DNA of 64,000 nt from Bilabrum cf. latius (taxonomy: Eukaryota): contig OZ237749.1 of NCBI GenBank assembly GCA_965178125.1, positions 868,001-932,000 of the forward strand, given 5' to 3'. The notes under the pieces were generated by a model. It was not told the DNA's origin and searched no databases. It worked only from the letters and a program-made list of their open reading frames with translations. A program made the translations under genes and the position numbers. This document shows, in pieces, positions 25,001-35,410 of the stretch (its first letter is position 1; every line of letters begins with the position of its first letter).

Positions 25001-27075
25001 GCCGTAGTACCGGATGATGTTGGGGTGCACCAGCCTCCCGCTCGACAGCACGTCCACCTCCTTCCTCGCGGCGGATTTCTCTTCGTCCGACATGCCGTGC
25101 ATCTTGAGGCACTTGATCACGACGTCCAGCCCGGACCGCTTGTGAGTCGCGAGCTGTGCCACGCCGAAGGATCCCTCGCCGATGATCCTCCTGAGCTTAA
25201 AGTCAGAGGGACGGAATCCCTGCATGCCATACCACGCGAGTGGAGAGTCCTCCTCGCCGGAGTCTTCGGCCCCTTTGGCTGCCGCTGCATGCGCCTCTAG
25301 CGCGTGCGAGGTGCCCTAGGGCAGCTCTCCTTCTGCTTCCGGGTCAAACGACATGTCCGCGGCCGAGCTTGGGTCCTCCGAATAGTGCACCTCCACCATG
25401 TCATCCAATGCATCGTCCTTTGAGTCCGACCTTCCGCCCGCTCTTGGGTCAGAAGCATAGGCAGCCGACTGCAGACCAGAGTACGCTGGCTAGCTAGGCT
25501 GCTCAGCCCCAGTGCCAAATTTGCCGTACAAATGCCCTTGATAGCCTACATGAGGTCCTGGCAGTATTTGTGGCCCTGCTTGCCCAGCTCGTTGCTGTGC
25601 TTGAGCCTGTGCCTGCGCTTGCATCATTGACCTCAGCTGCATCTCGCGCTCTTGCAGCAGCTGCACCACCGCCTGCCTCGTGCTTGGGTCTAGTGAATTG
25701 ATGTCGACGCCCTGCATTGCCATTGCAGCGGCTGGGTCCGGTGGAGGGGTATACACAGGGGTCGAGCCAGGCACAGTGCCCTGTTGCGGCGATCCGCCGG
25801 GCATTCCCATGCGTACTGGGGAGCCGTACGGCGGCGTACCGGCTGCGCTCCCAGTCGGTGGGGTGCTTGCAAGCCCCATGCTGCCATGTGGCGTGCTCGG
25901 GCTCGGGATGGCCACCTGTTGCTGGTGGTAAGGGTGCTGGTGGTAGGCTTGCTAGCCCGGAAGTGCTGGAGGCAGGGCGCGTCTCAGCCTCACGCCATCC
26001 TGGTCTTGGTACCCGCCGCCTGCTTCGAGAGACGACGTCTCTGGCTAGTAGTGCTGGTGCTATGCTGCGGCCTGCTGGTAGTCCCGGTCAGTGCGAGATT
26101 CGGACGAGAAGTGGCCTACGCCTTCCGGATCGGTACGACTCGACTCGTGGCTTCGGCTGCCCGCCGATGCTCCATTGCCACCGCTCCTTCGCTTCCTCGG
26201 GCTATTTCGCAGCCTTTCCATGTGCTTCTTATACGAGTCTGCTAGGTCGGATGATATCTCGGACTAAGCTCCGGCGGAGCTCCCCGGGGTGGAAGAAGGA
26301 CCCCTTCGGCTCCCCCTCGCCCCACTGCGGGGACTGGCACCAGGGTTGCCACCCCCACCCCCACCGCTCTCACTCCCGTTCGACTCGGGCAATGACCGGC
26401 CCCTCCTCATGGGGTTGGGTCTCGCGACTCCACCGCGCATCCTGACCTGTCGCCCCGCGCCTGCGCCACTTCCGCCCCCTCGACTCACGGGCCGGCTGGG
26501 GGACTCTTTGGAGGAGCGCTCGCTCCTGCTCCTACCCCCGCCAGCATCTGGGGTCCCTCTGCTCGCGGACCGACTGCTGTCTCGGCTGCCCTTCATGTGG
26601 CTGCGACTGCTCCCAGGCGGGATGTGCTCAGATCCTTGGCGACCACGCTGGGCCACCCCTGGGCTGCTGTATCTGCCCCCGCGACCCACGCGACCTCCGC
26701 TGCCGCTTCGTATAGCACTGCCGCCGGAGTCCCGCCGAGCCCGCCCGTCGACAGCAGCAGGCGGGGGCGGCGCACCCCCCTCGGATGGCAGGGGCGGAGG
26801 GCTCCCGATCCAAGAACCCCCCCCCGCCCCTCCAGACGCACTGCGCCCCCCGCTCGCCCCGCGGCTTGAATTCCGCCTCCCACGACCCGCGACTCCCTGC
26901 CGGCTGCTCGATACCCCCACCCCCGCTCTGTCCCTGCTTCCGGCCCGCTGCCCCTGCCTCTGCCCCTACCCCTACCAGCTACCCGCCCCGGCTCTCTGGC
27001 GCCCGTATCGCTTCCCATCCCCACCCGCACCTTCTGCCCCGCTGCTCTGAGAACCATGTGACCAAGACCTTCCCC

Positions 27076-27110
<35 letters not shown>

Positions 27111-27739
27111 ATGCCGGCGGGCAGAGCAGGCACATGGTCCCAACCAGGGGCCAGGGACTGGCGGTCTAGGGGCCTCGAAGGCAAGGCTGGGCTGCTGTGG
27201 GCGGATCCAGTCCCTGCATTCCCTGCCATGGCTGGTGTACCCGCCCTGCTAGGCGTTACAGCTCCGGCCAAAGACCTGGATGAGGCTCCGGACGGTGCTC
27301 CCACGCCTCCGCTGCTGCCTGCTGCGGCTGCTACCGAAACACCAGCCGCAGCACCACCGTAGTGCGGGGACTGCATTCCAGCTAGCTGGGCATAGTATGC
27401 GCCTGGAACACCGCTTGCACTCGTCAGGGGCATACCAGCGGGCGTACTATCGTCGGTCAAGCGCCCGGAAGAGTCCTCGCGGCTGTCGGTCACTCCGAGC
27501 GGAGCCCGAATGTGGGTCGGGACCCCCGCCTCCCTCCCGCCGCCGCCATAGTAACGAACCTGTGATCCAAGATTGCGAACGCCTCGGTGAGTCTGGCCAA
27601 CAGAAGATCCGGGACCAGGGACTGCGTGGCCGCCACTTCCGAGTCGTTGCTGCTCCGCCTCTGCTGCTGGTGAGTATTGCACCCCACGTCTGAACTGCCT
27701 GCCCGCGGCAGCAATTCGATCGTTAGCGGTTCTGTCCAT
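16008..27739 (-). CDS. NEK: Giant NIMA-related (NEK) Ser/Thr kinase, ~3,860 aa, with long low-complexity N- and C-terminal regions
   Basis: Kinase motifs IGEGSFG, VVIK, HPNIIRY, MEYADRGDL, ILHRDLKAQNIFL, KLGDFGIAR, IGTPYSLSPE, YNDKSDIWAL. One intron at 24647..24786. All flanking minus-strand fragments from 27739 to 16008 are in frame and separated only by TAG; ends at TGA 16008-16010. Confidence 0.85.
27077..27109 (-). repeat. (CAG)11 microsatellite encoding polyglutamine in the NEK N-terminal region
   Basis: Pure ctg repeat on the + strand, in frame with ORF 26972..27739 (MQQQQQQQQQQQR). Confidence 0.9.
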
Positions 27740-28066
27740 CTGATTGACCTATCTGGATGCGTCGCAAGCAATCCTGACGGGTTTCCAGCAACCGAGGCCT
27801 AGCTGGATGGTAACAACAAAGGACAACGAGCAGCAACGCAGTTTTTCGCTTGTCACGCCAAAAGCAAAGTAAGTAAATTCACTTATGTCACGGCAATTAT
27901 GGATGCGTTAAGAGCTTTCGCTCCCCGGTGGGACCAAGAATCCGTCGAGCAACTGGGCGCCGCGCATTATGATGTTCCGCATTCCTTTGGCGAAGGAGAA
28001 CCACTGAAACTGCCCTGCTATCAAGCAGACGGCGAATTCCTGTGTTTTTTGTTGTTAGATCGTAGT

Positions 28067-29048
28067 ATGTCTGGCTGGGGGGCATAGCGTGGCGGCAAGA
28101 AAGGTGGGAAAGGTGGGAAATCTGGTTGGGGAAAGCGTGGCGCGGCAGCTGGTAGATCATCAGCCAAGGGAGCCGGCGAGGACGCTGGTAGCAGCCGTGC
28201 AGTTGACGAAGAAATCGGCCAGGATACACGATCACTAATGCGTCTCAGCAGAGCGATTGCTGCTACCTCGGAGCAAGTTCGCAGAGGCACTGGATCTGTG
28301 TCGAGATTGTGAGAGCGCTGATGTTACTGTAGATTCACTACGCAACTAGTTCGCACTGAATGCTAGCCTGTCGTCTATGTATCTCAACAGCGGTCGCAGA
28401 CAGGCCCAGGTCAAGAGCGGGAAGGATCTCGTGCGAACCATGGTGCAGAAGCAGAAGACTCTGTTGCCGCAGTGGGTGGATGAAGCAGCATCAGAAGACG
28501 CGAAGGCTGGCCGGCGGCGAGCCATGCAGCGAGTCGCAACTCAAGCGAAGCAGGCGATTGAGGCGTTTGTAAGCGAAGAGGAGAAGGCCCAGCGCGCCGA
28601 GAAGGAGGCGGGCACTCCGGTGGCCAGCGACAGGGGCGCCGCGGCCCCCTTGCTAGGTTCCGCGCAGGACGCATCGGGCGACGCTGAGGCGCAGGCTGCC
28701 CTCGCCGACGCCGAGCAGAGGCTTCGGGTGGCGGAGCTGACCGGTGACTTGGCGGCGGAGAGGGAGGAGCAGATCGACCAGATCTACCAGGACACGGCCG
28801 AGGTGCACGAGATCTTCCAGGATGTGGCCGAGCTCGTGGAGGAGTAGGACGACATGGTGAGGACCATCGAGTTCAACGCAGTGGACGCGAGGGATCGGAC
28901 CGAGAAGGGCGTGGATGACCTGGACAAAGCGGCCGAGTACCAGGGTGCCTTCAGCACCAAGATCATCTGCTTTATCATCATCCTGGTGCTCATCGTGGCG
29001 GGGGTGGGCGGGTACTTGGGCTACAGGTTCACGCACAATAAGAAATGA
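28067..29048 (+). CDS. STX: Syntaxin (Qa-SNARE) with C-terminal transmembrane anchor
   Basis: SNARE motif EREEQIDQIYQDTAEVHEIFQDVAELVEE[TAG]DDMVRTIEFNA, then TM helix IICFIIILVLIVAGVGGYLGY; ends at TGA. Probable ATG 28067 and intron 28309..28366. Confidence 0.9.
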
Positions 29049-29781
29049 GAGAGCCAGAACCGAGGCTGGCGATTAAGGCAAAGGAGGGGCGTTGGTCGGC
29101 GGAAGCGTGGATCTGGTAAGTCGGGACTGGCCTGACCAAGCTTGGCATCACCAGGCTCTCGGGTGGGTGGATGGGTGAAGGACCGCTGGTCCAAGTTTTT
29201 GAGTTCGCGGCAAATTTCAGTATGACGCCAAAGGGGGTGACTGGGATGAGCTGGGGGCAAGGGGTGGGGGACAGAGTGGGTTGTGCATGGGTTTCGTGTG
29301 GAAGAAGGGGCGGGGCTGCTCTTGTGGTGGGTGCGGCCCTGCATGTATCGATAGTAGAGTAGTTGGTCATCGATCGACAGTGGGGTGCTATCCCTCGGTC
29401 GGTTCAAGTTGGCTCAGGTCCTGCTGCCCTGCTCCTGCCCGCGTGAGGCTGAGGCCGTGCTGGTATGGAGAGAGAGAGGTGCGGGCCTGGCGGAGCAACG
29501 GCGGTCCAGACATTGGACGGCCATTTGCTTGGATGCAAGGTGCAGTCCGCGGGGTGGGCATCTATTAGAGCTGGTAATGATCACTGCAATGAAGATTATA
29601 AACTTCTTGTTCCGTGATAGTATGTTGCTCGTCACATTTGCCGAAACACAGGACCGGTGGCGTCGCTTTCTTGAGAGACAATAGCGATACAAAAACAGAA
29701 AACCTGGTCTGACTGAATGATGATTCAAAGCACCGCCCCGCGATTCGCCCACTCGGAGCAACTTGAAAGCTCAGCTCAGAA

Positions 29782-30655
29782 TCACCGAGGACGCCCCGGA
29801 CGACCGGGCCTGCCAGGGCCCCGCCCCGGACGACCAGGACCCCCGCCAGCCGCACCTGGTCTGCCGGGTCTCCCAGGTCGCCCGGGCCCACCCGCTCTCG
29901 CGGGGCCACCACGCCCTGGCCTGCCTCGGCCGGGCCTCCCTCCGGCGGCAGGGGCTGCTGCCGCCGCAGCGCCACCGGCTGCCGCGCCGCCGGCCGCACC
30001 GGCACCTGACGCTGCCTCTACGGCTGCGCCTGCTGCCATCCCTCCTTCAGTCATAAGCTTGACGAAATCATTCTTCTTGCCCGCCACCTTAACCATTTCT
30101 TCGGCCTCCTCGTCCGTGAGGTGCTCGCCAAGCTTTTGCATGCCCTCCTTCAGTGCCTCCGGTGTGAGCGCATCTTCTTCGCCTCCAGCCTTAAGAAGCA
30201 AGTCGTACGCATCCCCGAAGGCTTCAGAATACTTTGGATCGGACATCTTTTTGTGCATTTGGATTGCAAACGTTTCGAAGTCCACTGGGGCGTCCGTGTC
30301 GCGCCCGCTAAACTATCTGAGCATGTACTTGTAGTCGCTGTCGGTATATGTCTAATCTGCGATGGATAACACAAGCGTGCAACATCACGCAGCCACAAAA
30401 ATGCACAGGCGTGCCGCTACGAATGGCGCAACACTCCCGCCGGGGCCCTGCTAGTCCAAGAGTAGTACAGCGCCAAGTAGACCTGATCTTACCAAACTAA
30501 GTTTCTAGCAAATTCTTCAATCCCTCTGCAGTGATTTGCTCATCAGCGCCGGCAAACATGCTGAACGCAGACGCGTACTCTTCAAGCCTATCACGTTTAA
30601 TCCCCTTCTCAGCTAGCCGCGCCCTAGTCGCTGGATCCGTAGGACCCCCTGGCAT
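29782..30655 (-). CDS. Calmodulin/centrin-like EF-hand protein with Ala-rich linker and (GRP)-repeat basic tail
   Basis: EEYASAFSMF..ITAEGLKNLL, VDFETFAIQMHKKM, LKEGMQKLGEHLTDEEAEEMVK resemble calmodulin. Intron 30357..30492; three internal TAG; ends at TGA. Confidence 0.8.
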
Positions 30656-30808
30656 TATTGCACTTGGTCCGAATCGAAAGGTGGTGCAGCGTCGCCAAGT
30701 GGTTATCAGCAACCCAAACGTTTTTTCGTCGGGAATAAATGCACCTTACTGAAATCTGTATTGTCCGAGCTCCAGTTGCACCGGCCTCGATATCTGACCA
30801 CAGTCGGC

Positions 30809-33017
30809 ATGCAAGTCGATTTATTGACTCCATTGGGCGCAGAGCCTTCATCAAATGGTGAGTGACGTCTGCTTTGACCTTGGTCCGCGCTGTGCCCATT
30901 TGTAGTTTGCCCAGCTATTGAATGTACATTCCACGAGATCCGTACCTGCCGTTTTGCTCTCCCACAGGCACTGATGGCCCGAATGCAGAGGAGCAGCACG
31001 AGTTTGCTTCAATTGCTACAATAACAGCAGTGAGTCGAAGGCACGCATGTTTTGGCTCTTCTATCATCGTTTGTTTAGAATTTGCACCTCATTCGACTGA
31101 CCGTTCGTGCGATTCGCAGATGTTCATAGTGGCTGCATCCATCGTGTTCGGGTACTTTGCCAAGAAGTATCATTTTTACTACTTGCCCGAGTCGGCCTTC
31201 ACACTGCTGGTAAGAAAAATGCTGCACCGGCAAGCTTCAGCGCCGCATGCTTTGCTCCGAGCTTTAGGCCAGCGCTGCTGTGTTCCTGTTCGCCAACGTG
31301 CTCGCAGCTCGGCCTCCTCATTGGTGGTCTCGCATGGTTGATTCTAGCGGGCAAGGACGACGAGGAGCTGGAGACCCTCAAGTTCTAGCCGGACACTTTC
31401 TTCTTTCTCCTGCTCCCCCCCATCATCTTTGAGGCGGGGTACTCGCTCCGACGAAAGAGTTTCTTTAGCAACTTTAGCACAATCTTGCTATTTGCGGTCC
31501 TTGGAACCATCATCAGCACGTTCGTGATCGGATTCTCCATGTACGGGTTCGCCAAGGCCGGCCTGGTGCCCACCATGAACACAGAGTCTCCCTTTCAGGC
31601 CCTCATGTTCGGTGCCCTCATCTCTGCCGTGGATCCGGTGGCCACGCTCGCTATCATGGGCTCTCCGCAGCTCAACTGCGACAAGCTGCTGTACTCGCTC
31701 GTGTTCGGCGAATCCGTGCTGAACGACGCAGTGGCCATCGTGCTCTTCCACACCTTCTTGGGCATGACCGAGAGCGGCCTCGACCTGAGCAAGGCGGGGT
31801 CCTACTTCGAGCTGCTTGGCAAGTTCATAGGCATCTCCATCGGGTCCATCATCCTGGGAGTGCTCATCGGGCTGGGGGCATGCGTGGTCTTCAAGTTCAC
31901 CAACCTGCGCAAGTACCCCAGCAAGGAGATCACGCTGCTCATCGTGTTCGCCTACACGTCCTACGCGCTCGGGGAAGCGGCGCAGCTCTCGGGAATCATG
32001 AGCATCTTCTTCACCGGTATCGTGCTGTCTCACTACAACCTTTACAACATGTCGGTGGAGACGAGGGGCGCGGCGCAGTACGTGTTCAAAGCCCTAGCGC
32101 ACACCACTGAGACAGCCGTGTTCGCGTACATGGGCGTGACCATTTTCACGGGGGGATACAAGACGTGGAAGTACGTAGGAGCTTCCGTGCTGGCGCTGCT
32201 GTGCTGCCTGGTGGCGCGGGCCTTCAACACCTTCCCTCTGGCCAACCTGGCCAACCTGGGCAGGAAGAAGAGGATCCCCTGCAACATGCAGTTCCTCATC
32301 TGGTTTGCCGGTCTACGAGGGGCCATCGCATTCGCACTGTCGCTCAACATGCCCTGCAGCGCAGACGCGAACGGCAACTCCAACTGCAACGAGGTCTGGG
32401 ACAACGATATCATCGTAACCATGACCCTGTTCATCGTGGTGTTCACCACGGTGGTGGCGGGCGGATTCACAGAGCCCCTGCTGACCAGGATGAACCTGAG
32501 GACCGGAGATGCCGAGGAGGACGAGACGGAGGAACTCACGGCCACGCTGGTGCGCAAGGCGGCCAGCAACCGGAAGCGGGGCGGGCTGCACGCGTGGTGG
32601 CACAACGTGGACGAGCAGTACATGAAGCCGTGCTTCTCCAGCGAGGCGCGGAGCGGGGGACCCAGCGGTTCGTTGGTTGGGATTTACACCTCCTCGGGAG
32701 GGGGGGGAGGAGGCAGCGGCTCGGGGATGGAGGGCAGCAACGGTGGCAGCGGGTACGGGCAGGGCACCGGGATGCTGCGCGGGTCCACCGGTGGATACGG
32801 GTCCACGACGAGCTCGCAGGACGATGACGGAGACCTCGGTGGGGGCACAGCGCAGGGGGCCGCTCTGATGGGACAGTCCATGACCGGGCTGGGGAGCGTG
32901 GGGGCCAGTCTGCCAGCTTCGGCCGCCGCAGCCGCGGCCATCTCGGGCGACATTGGCACGTACCAGGCACCCGAGGACGGGGACGGCGACCTAGGCGGAG
33001 CGGCGGACGCCCTGTGA
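30809..33017 (+). CDS. NHX: Na+/H+ exchanger (CPA1; NHE8/NHX-like)
   Basis: Motifs FFFLLLPPIIFEAGY, ISAVDPVATL, FGESVLNDAVAIV, WFAGLRGAIAFAL. Introns 30858..30967, 31030..31119, 31210..31307. One TAG at 31386 (LKF*PDTFF); ends at TGA. Confidence 0.93.
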
Positions 33018-33650
33018 CGGGGATGGGGTGGGTCTAGCTGTAGCGCCATCGTAGGGCAACGGGTCGACCCCAAGCGGCCAGGATGCAGTCTCCACCACCA
33101 GCGACATGGCTTCGATGCGGATGGATAGCGAGCGCAGCGGGTGCGATCCGATGGACACCGCACGCGCTTCCAAAAGTCTTGCTGTGTGTGGCTGCCTTGC
33201 TGGGGCAGGTGCTCTGTCGGGCAGGCTTGCAAAAGCTGCGACAGAGCACCTCCTCGTCCGACTCCCTACCTGCGTGTGATTGGATAGTTTAGGTTAAATC
33301 GGTTTATCTGGTATTTGGATTTGTAAGGTGTATAGCGAAGCAAGCAACTTGCGTGCAACGGTAGGTGCATTTCTGCCAAGTTCGACCGCCGTGAGCCAGC
33401 CTGTAACTGTATGGATGTACCAACGGTTGCATGAAAACATGTCTTCTATCTAATGGCGTTTTCCCAGCATGCTTGGGCTGGGGAAGGCATCAGCGCAACG
33501 AAGTGTTGTGTCCCGACGCGATCTTGGTGTGTTTTGAGTCCCTCCGTGCGATGTATGTGTGTGCCAACGGCCAATCTAGCAGCAATCGGTTAAAATACTA
33601 CATTGTACATTTGTTGTCCCTGGGGAACAGCTATATTCTCGCAGGGAAAC

Positions 33651-35161
33651 ATGAAGGCAGGGTACGCCGTCGCAATTGCTGCCGCTGGCGCTGTTCTGGC
33701 GCACGCATCGGTCCCGGACCATCCGGACATCCACACGTGCCACTATCATCCTAACATGTTTCATGAGTACGGCAAGGGACCAGAGAATCCCTTGAGCGAT
33801 TCGCCCGGCATCAGGTTCTACACGAACACGTCGGACCCACTCGCCGTCTCCCTCGATGGGAGCTCTGGAGCGTACTACTTCAGGTCAGGAACTGCTACTA
33901 CCTCCTGGTACATCCATCATCAGGGTGGCGGCTGGTGCGAGTCTTACGACGACTGTATCGGTCGCTCACAGGGCGGCCTCGGCTCCTCCAAGGGCTTCCC
34001 GCCGACTGCTGACCTGGGCGGCGGGTACTTCTCGCAGGACCCAGCTGTCAACCCCATGATGTACAACTGGAACTCCGTTTTTATGAAGTACACTGACGGC
34101 GCCAGCTTCTCCGGTGACAACAGCACCTCTGGCACCGATGGAGCGCACGGCCTCCATTTCCGCGGCCGTCGCATCCTCAACGCCGTGATCAAGCAGCTGC
34201 TCGAGTAGCACGGGCTGAACCAGGCCACCGAGGTGGTGATCAGCGGGTGCAGTGCGGGCGGGCTGGCCACGTACCTGCACGCGGACCACTGGGCCGATGC
34301 CCTGCAGGAGGCCAAGGTCCCCGTGAAGCGCATCGCCGCCCTCCCGGACAGCGGGTTCTTCCTGGACGAGCAGCTGGTGGCACCCGTCCCGGAGCCTCCC
34401 GTGCAGCCTGAGGGGTCCGTGAGGGGCGCGGGCCAGGTGGGCACGACTGTGCCTGGCAATTACCACGCCGGGCTGCGCTGGGTGTACCAGGCGCAGAACT
34501 CCACGGGTGGCTTGAACGCGCTGTGCGAGGCGACCGAGGCCAACCCGGCGGACTGCATCTACGCGCAGGTCAGCTCCAAGTACATCAAGACGCCCACCTT
34601 CCCGCTACAGGCCGAGTACGGTGAGACACGTTCGGAGTGCAGTGCGCATGGCGTGCTCGCCAACCATGAAGTCTAGCGAATGAATAGGATTTATCCCGTG
34701 CTTGTGTATGCATTTTGATTCCTAGCCTTTCCTTTGCATTTCATGCCCCGCAGACGCGTGGCAGACTGGGTTAGACTTTCGTGATAGTTTCTGCGTCACT
34801 GTCCTGCAGCGTGACATGGCTCGGCGGCGTCCATCGCGTTTGAACCACAGTCTCTCCCCCATTTCCTCCACTTTTTGTGCCCCGCAGCCACGTGCTGCCC
34901 CCGAACCCCAGCAACGATCTCATCCAGCAGATGGGCGACAACATCACGGCACTCGTCAAGAGCAACCTTCTGTCTCAGCCCCAGCACGGGGTGTACCTGG
35001 ACAGCTGCCACCACCACTGCGGTAAGTGGGGCGAACTCGAGATCGACGGGGACGTGCAGGCCACCGCGTTCACCAAGTTCTTCTACGGGATGACCAAGCA
35101 AAAGGTGTGGATCCAGGGCCAGAAGTACCCGTGCGATGCATGCTGCTCGGTGCAGCAATGA
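33651..35161 (+). CDS. Secreted pectin acetylesterase / Notum-family carboxylesterase
   Basis: Signal peptide; LDGSSGAYY, QGGGWC, NPMMYNWN, DGASFSG, LHFRGRRIL, catalytic GCSAGG, DSGFFLD, YDAWQ, DSCHHHC. TAG at 34206. Introns 34621..34753 and 34770..34887; ends at TGA. Confidence 0.9.
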
Positions 35162-35410
35162 GATGCAAGCAAAATGATAGCTTCATGCCAAGCCATGTTT
35201 TTGTTTCATTCTACACTGCTTGCTGTCTGCTTAACAACTAGATTTGAGCCTTCAATCGTGAGTCATGATCCAGAGCGACCGTCCAATCTAGGCTGGGCAA
35301 GTGCTCGGCATGGCACGACGAGGTGCCGCAGGGTCGGCCTCATACCACCGCTACAGCTCGCAGATGCGAACTGATGCTGCAGCTCAAGCCGTAGGGCTTG
35401 CATCGATGTT

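Noticed and set aside
28845-28847. TAG = Leu, Glu or Tyr
   Set aside because: The SNARE zero layer, the calmodulin and sulfatase columns and the TAG/CAG repeat all point to Gln. Some sites (helicase, NHE, ZZ finger) are uninformative alone.
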